Below the pieces are notes generated by a model, which made no database searches, was not told where the DNA came from, and saw only the letters and a program-made list of their open reading frames with translations. From NCBI RefSeq assembly GCF_037042905.1, contig NC_087256.1:10230001-10294000 (forward strand): a stretch of 64,000 nucleotides of DNA. Reading direction: 5' to 3'. A program made the position numbers and the translations under genes. This document shows, piece after piece, positions 1 to 13,046 of this stretch; within the stretch, counting starts at the first letter, position 1, and the number at the start of each line of letters is the position of its first letter. The stretch comes from Lytechinus pictus. Its lineage: Eukaryota.

Positions 1-186
1 GGATGTTCAGTAATACTTGATTAACCTTATGTCCAAGTTTCATGAACTAGGTCCATATACTTTCTAAGTTATGATGTCATTTCAAAAACTTAACCTTAGG
101 TTAAGATTTGATGTTGACGCCGCCGCCGCCGTCGCCGTCGGAAAAGCGGCGCCTATAGTCTCGCTCTGCTATGCAGGCGAGACAAT
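1..186 (-). mobile_element. End of a DINE-1/HINE-like (non-autonomous Helentron) element
   Basis: On the minus strand: T-rich start, short inverted repeat gtctcgc..gcgagac (158-184), then a (GGC)n microsatellite and an AT-rich core. This is the DINE-1-like layout. Truncated by the window edge. Confidence 0.55.
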
Positions 187-332
187 AAATGATTATATAC
201 ATTAGAGAGCATGCAAGGAGCATGATCTGACCAAAACCACAGACAATGGAGGAAATAAGTGTGATTTATTTTTATTTTTAATCTTTGTGAAACACCCCCC
301 CCCCCCTCTGAAAGGGAAGGAAGTAAACTTAC

Positions 333-572
333 CAAGTATTCCAGCATTATTGATTAGGACATCCAGTCTGTGTTCCTCTTGCTTGAACTCATTCACAAAG
401 TTGCGTATAGATTGGAGCGAGGAGAGATCAAGCTTCTTCACAGATATGTTTGCGTAACCGGTAGCAGCAATGATTTCATCCCGAGTTGCAGCCCCTTTCT
501 CAACATTCCGGCAAGCAATGATAACTCTTGCTCTCTTTGCAGCAAGGAGTTTGACAGTTGCCTTTCCTATAC
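333..572 (-). CDS. Retinol dehydrogenase 11/12/13-like SDR, coding exon 2
   Basis: GIGKATVKLLAAKRARVIIACRNVEKG..KKLDLSSLQSIRNF..LDVLINNAGIL. AG acceptor at 573-574, GT donor at 331-332. Phase matches exon 1 and completes TGGSNGIG. The gene continues left of the window. Confidence 0.92.
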
Positions 573-2045
573 CTGTTCCAAAATATAATAAATAATAAGA
601 ATGAGACAAACTTATATGAGAGAAGATGGGTGGAATATTTGAATAACAGCAAAATCTGGAAGGGCCATAACTTTTGATAGAAAAGCTAGAAAATGATGAA
701 TATTTTCACATCAGAAGTGTTGAAACAATTCCAAGTGGTGCCTAAAACTTACCCGCAAGGCATGCATGGAACCATGTGACAGGGCCTTAACACGATTAAT
801 GTCTAGAGCCATGAGTGCCGACTTTTAAAAGATGCACCACCCCATATATTCGCTATCATGGCTATTGTTGTCGCCTATGAGGTCAATACCGTTATGTTTT
901 GACCGCATTGGTACTAGGAGCATGAGAAGTGGTCTCTACAGTACAGTATAAATGCATATCACCATAATTTATTAAAAACACGATTTGGGTATCAATGAAA
1001 CAAAAACAATCACTACCATGCCCCCACACTCCTGTAGTCCTTATACTATGGCACTGCGCCACTGCACAGAGTGGTCATGCATGCCATCGCAATTTTCACA
1101 CACGACATTTGAAAAATATTGAACGTGCCCTCAACGGCAACTGGCATGTAATAATAGTCATGACACAAGTATGCCCAAGACTCTTGATCTTTGTGCTTGG
1201 ACAGTTTTAACCTCATGTTTCTGTATGGCCATGGCCATGCATTTGACTCCAGAGTAGATCTAAGTACGGTAGTTTCTAATGTTAATTAATGATGATGGAA
1301 CAGAAATAAAGAAATGAAAAGAAAAGGGAAGAAAATATAAAAGACAAACAAGAGAAAACAAAAGAAAAAATGAAAAGAAAAAAATAGAAACGAGAAACAA
1401 AAGATTACATAAAAAAACAAGAGTAAAAACAACATTAACCATGTTAACTAGCCTTTTTAACAAACAAAATAGGATCCAGAACTGTAGGTCTTTCTAGATT
1501 AGATCTAGTAACATTATAATTTAGATCTAGATCTAGGCTTAACGTGAACTTAAGTTCTTTTGAGTTCAAGTAACTAACAACATTTCAACCACTCTCGTCA
1601 AGCCAAGGGTTCATTACATGCTGCCGCACACAGGAAAATCAAGCCATAGAAGTCGTGTGTTGTGGAAGTGGAATCGCAGCACGCGCGACCCACTAGTTAG
1701 AAATCCACTACCAAACGCGGTTCATGGTGCGAGGTTAGTATGATACTAACCTCGCAATACGTGTGAGTGCATTTCAACATGATGTAAATTACCTCGGGCG
1801 AAGTTTGTGCAGGCTCCACTCCACTTCACTACCGCTACACTACCGTCCACCTACCCGAACTTCGAGACCGTGAACTCGATCTGATATTCCAAGTGACAAA
1901 GGTGGGATTTTATGGGGGGAAAATATAAAATTCATGCAACATCACAATCTTTAAAAACAATTAAAACTAACATTTTTACTTTACACAAAGTTTCACTTCT
2001 TTTCCATGCTTCTATCAGTCTCAAAATTGGTGATTTAGAGCTAAC

Positions 2046-4094
2046 TTCTTTGTTGTTCTTCCCCCCGTATTCGAGGATCAGCGGCTATCCGCAGGTTGGT
2101 TGTTGTGTTGAAGTAATTTCTCTAAGCGAATATGATGAATTATAAGAATGTATCTGAGGCAGTGGGTCATAACATTGGCAGCAAGAGTGACATATAGGTG
2201 CGAGGAGGGTAATAACATATTAGTGGCAAGGGTGAGGGGATGAGCAGAGGTGAAAGCTTGGCTAACTGAAGCAGGGAGGCTTAGAGATAAGACATGTTGA
2301 ATGAGAACAGACCGTTGGGGTTTGAGGGTTGGGCAGGAAGCAAGGAATTGGTGGAGCTTTCTTCCTCCGTTGAGCAAAGTGGCACTGGGAGACTTGCCTA
2401 TGGTCTTCAGTCTTTGTTGTGTTAGGTAGGTGCTTGTCAGAAGTTGGGAGCAAAGTCTTGCAGCAATACGGAGGTATGAAGGTAGTGCAGGGGGGAACAG
2501 ACTGCTAGGGCTTGGACATTGCTTCCAGAAGGCAAGAGTGTGCTTCTCCTGAATGGCATCAACTAGGCCAGCATTGTGCTTCTTGAAGATGGCCTGGCGG
2601 CACAGTCTTTTCTAGGTGAGGTAGTTGATGCTCAGGGTGCCAGACAGGATGGCAGGCAAGCTGTATTTGGCGATTAGCTGCTTCCAGGAGGAGATGAAAG
2701 GGACATCGGCAGAGAGAGCATTTAGAAGTATCCTGTGCTCAAACCTATCGCTTGGTAGAGTAACCAGTTGCCCGAGAGTCATCAAGGTGTTAAGGTCGAT
2801 CTGCATAGAGAGAGGGATAATTTTGGTAAGGATTATGCTTCTGGGAGCCCTAGGAACTTTTTTAAGAGAAGGGCCTGCGCTGAGTCTAGCTTATCCCTGG
2901 ACCTCTTGGTAACTCTAATGGCAACAATGCCATATAGCATCCTAGGAATGCAGTAGGTGGTCCATAACTTGGCAATGGTTGGAGGCCAGAAGTTGTTTCT
3001 TGAAGCCGAACCACCTAGCAGAGCAAATATGGAGTTATATCCCTTGGCAATGATGTTCGGCGCAGGATCTTGAGAAGTTGAAGACTTGGTGACACCAAGA
3101 AGGGGATGCTGACTGACTTCTTGAACTTCCTCTTCATTCAGGTACCAAGTGTGCTTGAGGTGGTCTTGCCCATTAAAGGCGAGGATTGCACTTTTTGATG
3201 GGTTGATCTTGTACTTCCATGTGGTTGCATAGGTATGGGTAAGATTCAGCATGCATTGAAGTACTTTGGCTGAGGAAGCTATGAGGGCCACATCATCAGC
3301 TAGAACAATTACCCCAGCATACAGGTTTTGGCAGTGACATCCAAGATCTTCGTCTCTTAGCAACTTTATCAAGCCATCAATAAAGATGTTGTAGAGAAGA
3401 GGGGAGAGGATTCCTCCTTGTCTCACACCCTTCTGAAGAGGAAAGGAGCAGCTGGCATCCCCTTTCCATAATACTCTGCTGGATGCACCGTTGTACGTTT
3501 CCACCAATGTAGACTGAGCTTCGAGCGGTATAGGAGTGTCAGCTAGCTTTTGAAAGAGGCCAGGGTGCCAGACACAATCAAAAGCTTTAGCAGCATCCAA
3601 GAGGGCAAGATATGTTGGCTTCTTCCGAGATGTATTCAGCTCAATAAGCATCTCAAGGGTTATTGAAGCGAGAATACAGGACTTTGAGGCTTGGAATCCA
3701 AAGTGAAGTTTGTCAGGTGTGTTGACTTCAACCAAAGAGTCCTCAATCTTAGGTTTTAGGGCAATTTCCAAGAGTTTTGACAGAGTTGGGGTCAGGGAGA
3801 TGCCTCTGTAGCTAGAGGGTTCGCTGACCGGTTTGCTCCCTCCTTTGTGCAGTGGGATAATCACTGCTTCCTTCAATGATGCTGGAAGATGTGCCAGTTT
3901 GATGGAGTTTTGGAGGAGAATGGGAGGTCCACTGTTGAGGGTTTGCCTGCTTTGTTTGACTTTACCAGGCTGTAGAACAAGGAGCTGTTCATGTCATTTG
4001 CCGACTCTATCTTTCCTTGCACTTTGAGTCTGTTGGAGGCTTCAGATTGTCTCAGCTCAGGACTCTCCTGAAGTCCTTTTTGGCTTCCAAGTAG
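2046..4094 (-). mobile_element. 5'-truncated, frameshifted non-LTR retrotransposon (RTEX-like)
   Basis: ORF 2833-3876 has RT motifs YRGISL, FGFQ, LDAAKAFD, GVRQGGILSP and LADD. A broken C-terminal C..C..H..C knuckle lies near 2330-2390. (AAG/AAC)-like tail at about 2046-2060. Confidence 0.85.
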
Positions 4095-4215
4095 GATTTC
4101 ATATCGCATCCGCATGCGATGTTTTGAAATCGGCAGCGAATTATTTATACGTGTGAGGAACTTCATGTTGGCTCTAAATCACCAATTTTGAGACTGATAG
4201 AAGCATGGAATAGAA

Positions 4216-5069
4216 TAGACAGGAATAACCGTCGTTTCTGGGGATTTATTCAACAATTTCTGACATTTTACTATAATCCCCATTCACCGACGGTAGTGTG
4301 TTAGTGCGAGCCTGCATGTGTAATCTGGTCGGCAATTCGGAGGACGGGTTTTGTCCAGATTTCAATTTCTTTTAGATTCTAAATGACATTATATTATCTT
4401 GAACGCGAAGGCCCACTATTTTTGTTATCTAGACTCTAATCTTTCTTTTGATACTATGTAAGTTCTATAAAATATCGAAAATATACGTTACCGATGAGTT
4501 ATTCCTCGGATTATTCCTTATTTTTCTAATTTTCTGCCGGAGAGGAAAAAATGGCAGCCATCAACGAGTTGTGCTTTTATCAAGGCTATCCGATTAAATT
4601 TTCGATATCCTGGCCAATCAATGCGAGCGACAAGTTCCGAACGCACGCACATCTACAAGCGCAAAGCAGTGGCACAAATCGTGATATATAGCGACTGGTA
4701 AATACGTCTGTAAGGATGATGACGTCATCAAAGATGGCAACTTACGTTGACCAACGAAAGGATCGAAGATGCCGATGTTTCGATCATCATTTGAAAGGAA
4801 TTAGCGGTAACTGCGGTCTAAGGTACGATATTTCTGAATTTTAAACATTTTTTCGTAAATATGGATGTGATTTCTTTTTCATAATGTGACATTTTATGAA
4901 CAAAAAAACGATCGGAAAATCGGGTTTCCGCCGAATGTTAGATCTAACGTTACTGCTAATACGTTGTCTGTACGTACGGGCCTCCAAGCTCTTCAGTCTA
5001 TGTATTGGTGAGTGAGCCAACGTAGTTCAGCGGAACAACCAAAATACAGAGACTGAAGCTTTTGGTCTA
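4216..5069. mobile_element. Non-autonomous DNA transposon, TAGAC..GTCTA family (copy C1), 9-bp TSD
   Basis: TSD ggaatagaa at 4207-4215 and 5070-5078. The right-end ~80 bp is shared with copies at 20784 and 46308. Confidence 0.85.
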
Positions 5070-6421
5070 GGAATAGAAGTGAAACTTTGTGTAAAGTAAG
5101 AATATTAGTTTTGTTTTTAAAGATCATGATGTTGCATGAATTTTATATTTTCCCCCCATAAAATCCCACCTTTGTCACTTGGAATATCAGATCGAGTTCA
5201 CGGTCTCGAAGTTCGGGTAGGTGGAGCGTAGTGTAGCGGTAGTGAAGTGGAGCCTCCACGAACTTCGCTCGAGGTAGATATAATTCAATTGCACTCACAT
5301 TAGTACGAGGTTAGTATATACTAACCTCGTACACCGAACCGTGTTTGACCCTTGATTTTGAAGTAGTCGGCAAACATCGCTTCATTGCTGAAGTAATATT
5401 TGCCGAAACTCCTTCTCGCTACTCACCGGGGCTCTTTCCGGTAAGTAGCAATACATTAAAAAATTAAAAATGTAATTTTAATATAATAATCGGTCAAAAA
5501 GAGCAAATTTCGCTTACCTCGGCCTGGAAAGTAACTTCGCTTGTCTCTTCTATGGAAATACAAGGAGGCCCGTTGGTGGCCCTAATAAATTTCACAACCT
5601 TGATTCAGCTCCTCGGTAATTTTATAACTGTGTCTAAATTCTTTGAATGCACAATTCTTATGATTAATTTACTAATTATGGGCACCAATAAATGAAATAC
5701 CTTCAAAAACATAATTCAAGATTATTATTGGCGATGATAACACTTTTCTGCAATTAATTTAAAACGATGACTAATAAAGAAAAATTGAAAAAAATATACG
5801 TGCCTGGAACGAAACCAGCAGGACAGGCTTTAACGAACATCAATAATACGGTATACCAGTCTTTACAATGAAAAGATTGGACACTTCACGGACTTTGCGT
5901 AATGACCTGCGTCAATTTGCGTGTAAAATAGTGTAGGTGCCTAGTCTTTCCCTTGTCGTGTCTTTGATATGAATATAAATCGCGCGCCCTCTTTAGACGA
6001 AAATTGATATCGGCGCTGACCAAATTTTATCTCCGTGAAATCTTCACTAAAGATCAAGAAAATATACATATTGTTTAGAAGAAACTTCAAGGAGAAGTCA
6101 CGGAAGGATCTAAATGATTGGGTAAGTGTCATAGCAGAATGTGAAATCCCTAATTATGTGTGATGTTTTATGTGGGCGAAAGCCCAGTAGTATATGGATG
6201 TGTCGTGTGTGTCGCGTTATTATGAATGATATTCCTTCGCACGCGAGATGATATGAGCCCATGGGTGATAACTGATATAATTGTAAATAAGTTAGTCTAC
6301 TTAAAAATAATAAATCTAATTAATAAAAGCTAAAGAGAAATATATAAATAAAAGCAAATATTTTTTTTTTCAAAGAGCAAAAACAGTTTTGCCTTCAAAA
6401 CCAAGGATAGAAAGAAAGACA

Positions 6422-6930
6422 CAGCGGGCGGAAGCCCAGGAGCTTACCGTGTATTTGACCATAGTCACCGGACTAGGGTGATTTATGGTCTAAATATTTC
6501 TCCAAATGAATTGTGAAAACAGAAAGTATACAATTACCACGATTATATGGATGAAGGTCTAACGAGTGGCAGTTTCCTGACATCTGGGCACAGACTGGAA
6601 CCTCAAAAAAACGAAAAGTTCTCTCCTCTACCCCAGTCTCGATCGGCAATTTTGTTACGATTTTTAACAAAAATGGCCGATCGAAACGGGGGTAGATAGA
6701 AGGAGAGAACTTTTCGTTTTTTTGACGTTCCCGTCTGTGCCCAGATGTCAGGAAACTGCCACTCGTTAGACCTTCATCCATATAATCGTGGTAATTGTAT
6801 ACTTTCTGTTTTCACAATTCATTTGGAGAAATATTTAGACCATAAATCACCCTAGTCCGGTGACTATGGTCAAATACACGGTAAGCTCCTGGGCTCCCGC
6901 CCACGCAGCGGGCGGGAGCTCCCTGGGTTA
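6422..6930. mobile_element. Palindromic (foldback) element family B, copy 1, left tip missing
   Basis: Near-perfect ~500-bp palindrome ending ..ccctgggtta. Highly similar to 20247-20774. Confidence 0.85.
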
Positions 6931-7026
6931 AGGTCAGCCGGCCCGTGGTTGGAGTGCAACCGGGCACTGGTATAATTACAACTAGCAACTCGACCGAAAC
7001 TCAAGGCGACCATCGAGTTCACTAAC

Positions 7027-7180
7027 CGTTGCTTCCTCCGGTGACAATGATTGTCCTTCCCTCCATAGTACAATTTTCAACCGGGGCGAATCTCTGAGTT
7101 ATCCTAATGTATAAACGTATAACTAGTATAACAAACACTGTAACACCTAGAATGGTTGTAATATTGTCAGTGAACACCAT
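7027..7180 (-). CDS. Retinol dehydrogenase 11/12/13-like SDR, coding exon 1
   Basis: ATG at 7180-7178. MVFTDNITTILGVTVFVILVIRLYIR (membrane anchor) ..MEGRTIIVTGGSNG, then a GTTAGT donor. This is the first half of the Rossmann TGxxxGIG motif. Confidence 0.9.
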
Positions 7181-7507
7181 TTTTAAGGTCTTGACTTCAG
7201 ACAGTCCCAGTCCCAGAATAAACGATACCACACTCCGCACCGCGACAAGATGTATAGTCTAAACTCAAGATTTCTGTGTTGTTTATCAAATATACACAAT
7301 AAAGGGTACTAAAAGTAAACATACTTAACAGTAGAAAAATACAAAATAAATAAAAAAATGAATAAAAAGTCACACGAAATCTCTATGATAGCTAGTTTAA
7401 CAAGTGTTTTTGATAAAACAATACTTTCCATAAATAAATAACGAATTCAAGCAAGAACATTTCGGGGGATTCCCCATTGTTAGGCGCGCTCATTTCAGCT
7501 CTTCCTG

Positions 7508-7818
7508 GGGCCGATTGCACGAGAGGGTCTTTCCAAGGACCGTCTTTCGTGTCGCCCATCTTTTATGATGCGCTATAAGCGGGATGTTTTTGAAATTTAT
7601 GATAAAAATATAAAATTTGTTAGCTTGCTTTTAAATCACATTTTATACCATTTCATGAGATATCACATCATTTTATAAACAAATATTTTGTTTATTTTAA
7701 CGTACGAATAAAATATGCTGTTAGATAGTTTATTTGAAATGCGTTTCACATGGCGCATCATAAAAAATGGGCGACACGAAAGACGGTCCTTGCAAAGACC
7801 ATTTCGTGCAATCGGCCC
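7508..7818. mobile_element. Harbinger-like MITE upstream of the RDH gene
   Basis: TIRs gggccgattgcacga../..tcgtgcaatcggccc of about 60 bp. 3-bp CTG duplication on both sides. Confidence 0.7.
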
Positions 7819-9247
7819 CTGGAATCCAGGAAATTTCAGGAAGTTTTCATTTTCGGGAATGATATTATTTTCTGAATATTATGTCAAATCTATGACAAAA
7901 TTTTTGCTCGCTCGCAACTCTTTATAAACTATTGCACGTTACGTCATGTTTCGCCCCCTCTAAATTGTTGGCTCAATTATGGCACTGGGCCTATTTCATT
8001 TTTTTGTTTGTGTATATAGAAGAGAATTATAACTTATGGAAGACTGGAGAACATTCGGCGGGACATTCGGAAAGTTCCAGGATATTTTGTAAAATTCCAA
8101 GAACTTCCAGAGTAAATTCCAGGAAGTTCCGTTTTGAAAAGTGGCTTGGTATCATTTACCCCTGGCCCTTGTTGTGTCTTTGATTTCATGCCACGAGCGG
8201 CAAGATCCAGTCATGTTATCATAACGTTAAAGGTCGGCCCCAGACGAAAATATTCATATTTTATTTATACACAGCTGTAAAAACTCAATAGTGCGCGCAC
8301 ACCTCGGCCATTCTCTCTCTTTCTCCCCCCCCCCTTTTTTTTTGGGGGGGGGGGCGAGGGTATGCAAGGGGGTCAACATGAAAAATAAAGAGTGAGGGTT
8401 ATCTGAGGACACAGAGACATATTATATTTCATTATTTTTGTTGTTATTTCACTATTAAATTGAAGACACAATTACTTGCCAATAGTTTTGGATAGTAGGC
8501 ATTGTGATCGACGGTATTGTGACTATGGGGGAGCATGCACCACCCTTGTTAGGTTTTGAATTGTACACAAAGCGATTTACTGCAAAGAACTTCTTATGCA
8601 GAATTTTCTTTTTTCATGCTAATGTATCAAATTAATTCCTCATACTGTCTTACTTTTGGGAGATTCTTACACAAATGGTATATATGAACATTATTTACAT
8701 ATTGGACTTATTGATACATATCCAACACAATACTGTATCAGATGTTTCTCATTCTTTCGTTTTATTTATTTTGATTGCTGTCCCAATCTTTTTATATCGA
8801 AGTATCTTATCGTAATGTCTATTATTAGTTCATTTGCTATGCTTTGCGATTTAAAGGGCTTGCATGTTCCTCCAATAACCTTTCAATTTTCTCATTATTG
8901 CTGGTGCTTGTTGGTTCTTCTTTCACCTCATGGAAAGGTATATACATGGAAAATATAGACACATTTTACGTCTTCCCTCGAAGGGTTAATGTCTGTAATA
9001 TTGCCTAAAATACTTTGCTTATTTTGTTCATGTTATATAGTCAGCTCTGAATATTCTCCCTCTTTTTATAATTTGAAGGTTCCTAGGATTTAAGTGCTAC
9101 TGTATATTTGTTTTCTTTGTGTTTTTGTGTTTGTCGTTATTTGTCTGTATTCGTATCTGCAATTCTCGTAATATCATGTCTTGTGTTATTTCGTTTAGCT
9201 GATCTGCATACTCCTCCCTATCTCTGGAGATCCCCTAGACATCCTTT

Positions 9248-12200
9248 GTGATGGCTGTAAACACAAATTTCCCATTTTCTGATATAGATAATGATGTTTT
9301 TCATGACTCCGTAGCTCAAACTCTCAATGCACAAGCTAATCTTGATTCTCTTTCTGATCCTAATGATAATACGTATCAACATACCCCCTCGCTCTATTTT
9401 ACTGATAAACAGATAGCGTCGAAACAACTTGACAACAGTAACTTTCTAATGCTACATTGCAACATTCGCAGTGCCAACAAAAATTTTGAATCACTTCGTT
9501 CCCTTTTATTGAATTCTAAGCTCTCTTGTTCTGTGATAGGTTTGTCAGAAACGTGGTTTTCCCACTGTACTCAACTATCCTTTTATACGCTGCCAGGTTA
9601 TAATTTGGTCACAAATAATAGAATAGGGAAATCAGGTGGAGGCGTTGCTCTTTTTGTATCCCAACAATTCGATTACAGGTTAAGGCCTGATCTTACTTTA
9701 ATGAATGATGCTATTGAAACACTTTTTGTTGAAATTCTTATGCCCAACGACAAAAATATTCTGGTTGGAACGATTTACAGGCCGCCTAACTCCTCCCACG
9801 ATGACTTTTTAAATACATTCCATGGGTTATTGGCACTCCATGAGATGGTCAATAAAACGTGTTTTTTACTCGGCGATTTCAATATTGACTTACTAAAATA
9901 CGATACTGATAATTTTGTTCAAACTTTTTCGGATGTAATAATGACAGCAGGTTTCCTTCCTTTGATAACCAAGCCAACTCGAATCACAGGTACATCGGCT
10001 ACTCTCATCGACAATATATTTACAAATACCAGAAGTACTCTCTCTACGGGAATAATTCTTTCTGATTTGTCGGACCATTTTCCCATATTTTCGCATTTTA
10101 AACTAGATACCAACGCCACTGAACACAAAGTTGATCATAATACTCGACGTGATTTTTCTGAAAATAATATGAATCTGTTCAATGAAGAGTTAGGAAATGT
10201 TGACTGGTCAGGAATTACAGTATTCAAAATGCCGAGGATGCATTTGACGCTTTTATGAATAAATTGAATCCATTAATGAATAGCTCTTTTCCCGTACTGC
10301 GATTCAAACGCTCTAATTACAAAAAGGTTCCAAGGTCCCCATGGATTTCGGGATTTCACCTAGCATTTTGCGCTCAATAAACAGAAAGAATAACCTTTAT
10401 TTAAAAACTATTTCAAAGCCTTGCGACAGTAATAGAAAAAAGTACACTGACTACAAAAATATTCTGACAGGTATACTGAGAAAATGTAAAAAGAATTATT
10501 TTCATAATCAATTTGACCTCTATAGAAACGATGTTAAAAATACATGGAAAGTTATAAAAAACGTTATACAAGGTAGCTTCAGAATGTCTACGCCCACGAA
10601 AATAAATGTTGATGGTGAATTGGTAGAGGATCCCCTTGCCTTGGCAAATGTTTTTAATGACTATTTTGCATCCGTAGGCCAAAATCTTGCCAGCACAATC
10701 CCTGCCTCTTCTAAACACTTCACATCTTTTCTTAATGTCCCTAATCCAAATTCGATATATTTCACACCAACAGACGTAAAAGAACTAGCTGATATAATTT
10801 CTGGACTAAAGAATAAAATGAGTTCAGGATGTGACGATATAAGTAACATTCTCCTGAAAAGAAACCTGATACACATTATTAAACCTTTGACTTATATCTT
10901 TAATTTGTCTCTTTCTACAGGAGTTGTACCTTCTTCATTAAAGCAAGCCCGAGTAATCCCTATTTTTAAAAAAGGCGACAACACCGTGTTGGGAAATTAT
11001 CGCCCCATATCATTATTGACATGCCTTTCGAAGGTTTTGGAAAAAGTAATTTTTGTACGCACGACAAAGTTTCTTAATATACATAAATTGTTTTATCCCC
11101 TGCAGTTTGGTTTTCGCGAAAAACATAGTACTACTCATGCCCTGTTGGCAACGATTAATAAGATTGCCAATGGAATTGACAAGTATGAGCATACTGTTGG
11201 GGTGTTCCTGGACTTCTCCAAGGCTTTCGACACAATCAACCATGATATCCTTTTATACAAGCTTAATTATTATGGAATCAGAGGGATAGCCTTGGAGTGG
11301 TTCAGGAACTACCTCAGCAGTAGGCAGCAATATGTTTCCATAGCAAATGTAAATTCCCCTCCCAAATCTATCTCATGTGGAGTCCCTCAAGGCTCAATCT
11401 TGGGTCCGCTTCTTTTTTTGGTCTACATTAATGATTTTTATAAATCATCAAGTACTTTATCATTCATTCTTTTTGCCGACGACTCAAATATATTTTTTTC
11501 TCATAAGGACCCCAAACATTTACTTGACACACTCAATAAAGAATTAAAACTAGTCTCAGAGTGGATCAAAGCCAACAAATTATCGCTTAATCTCACTAAA
11601 ACAAATTACATGCTCTTCAGCAATATCATTGATGAACTCCCAGGTAACATTATTTTTGATAATATTAATATTCAAAGAGTATTAAGTACGAAATTTCTAG
11701 GAGTAACTATCGACGACAGACTGTCATGGAAAGAACATATAGATAACACATGCAAAATAATTTCACGGAATATTGGAATTATAAATAAAGTTAAATTCTA
11801 TTTTCCGACTCGTATATTATTAAACTTATACTCAACGCTGATACTCCCGCATTTGAACTTTTGTATTATTGCATGGGGGAGTTGTGCTGATTTTCATTTG
11901 AATAGACTTTTACTACTTCAGAAAAAAGCTTTGCGCGTTATTTGCCATTCTCATTATCGGGCACATACGAATGTTCTTTTTAAAACTCATGGAATTCTTA
12001 AGATACATGATCTTTACCATTATAAGCTTGGATCTTTTATGTTCAACCTTAGTAAAGATGAACTACCAGACGTATTTTATTCTATGTTCACACGAAATAT
12101 CAATGTACATCACTACCCTACAAGATCTGCTGGACTTTTCCATTTACCTAGAACGAGGACATTATTAACAAACAAACTGTTTATATCTTCTGGTATCAAA

Positions 12201-13003
12201 CTTTGGAATTCACTACCGCAAACTTTACGAAATAAGCCAACTATTCATAGCTTCAATAGAGCACTAAAAAAAAATCTAACCAATAACTATAACACTCACA
12301 TCATTCATCCTACTTAGGATATCTTGTGGATCTTCTGTTCTTCCGGATTCCCCCCTCCCCCACCCTGCCTTTATTTCGCTTCTTTTCCCGTCTNNNNNNN
12401 NNNNNNNNNNNNNNNNNNNNNNNNNNNNNNNNNNNNNNNNNNNNNNNNNNNNNNNNNNNNNNNNNNNNNNNNNNNNNNNNNNNNNNNNNNNNNNNNNNNN
12501 NNNNNNNNNNNNNNNNNNNNNNGTTCTTGTAATATTTCGTCTTTCTTGTTTTGGTATAACTTTTTGTCATGTCTTGATCTTGTACCGTTCTGTCACGTCC
12601 TGGTTTCGTAACGTTTTGTCTTGTGTGTCCTTTTCACTTTTTCTTCATATCTTGTAAGATAATCCAGCCTTGTTTATTTTTTACTTGGGAGAATATGTTT
12701 TAAAAAAAAATACATTTAACAAGGATTTACATAAAATTTTTACATATAATTTTTACAAGAAAGAAATGATGACTTGTTTATTGTATCTATTTTGAACTTC
12801 AACAAGAACGATACATATGATTAGTATATTATATATATATATTGTTTTTTGCATTAAGTCATTAAGAAGGAAACCTTCAATAACAAGCTTTGCTTTCCAG
12901 AAGGTTCCTATTTCATTTCAAAATGTTATATTATATTTTGCTTTACTTTGTAACTTTGTTGAAATTTTGGAATGAATAAATTCGTTGTCAATCAATCAAT
13001 CAA
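9248..13003 (+). mobile_element. CR1-group (L2/Crack-like) LINE: APE endonuclease + RT ORF2 with two frameshifts, 3' UTR and (CAAT)n tail
   Basis: HCNIRS, GLSETW, GGGVALF, YRPP, GDFN, LIDNIF and SDH motifs (9248-10258). NYRPISLL, QFGFR, LDFSKAFD, GVPQGSILGP, FADD and KLWNSLP motifs (10341-12317). AATAAA at about 12975, followed by caatcaatcaatcaa. Confidence 0.93.
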
Positions 13004-13046
13004 ACTATAGCACCTCTAATATTCAAACTTCATTACCTTCGTTCAT

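Larger units (their letters stand above)
1747..5313. mobile_element. Foldback DNA element 'Y' (TAACCTCG..CGAGGTTA) carrying a nested LINE and a nested TAGAC element
   Basis: Arm 1747-2045 is the reverse complement of 4167-4215 plus 5079-5313. Apex hairpin at 4095-4131. Flanked by gtatgatac (1738-1746) and gtatatac (5314-5321). Confidence 0.75.

Noticed and set aside
3873-4166. 97-aa ORF as a separate gene
   Set aside because: It is a chimera of foldback sequence and the frameshifted LINE linker.
6473-6781. 102-aa ORF
   Set aside because: It lies within non-coding palindromic element B and has no recognisable domain.
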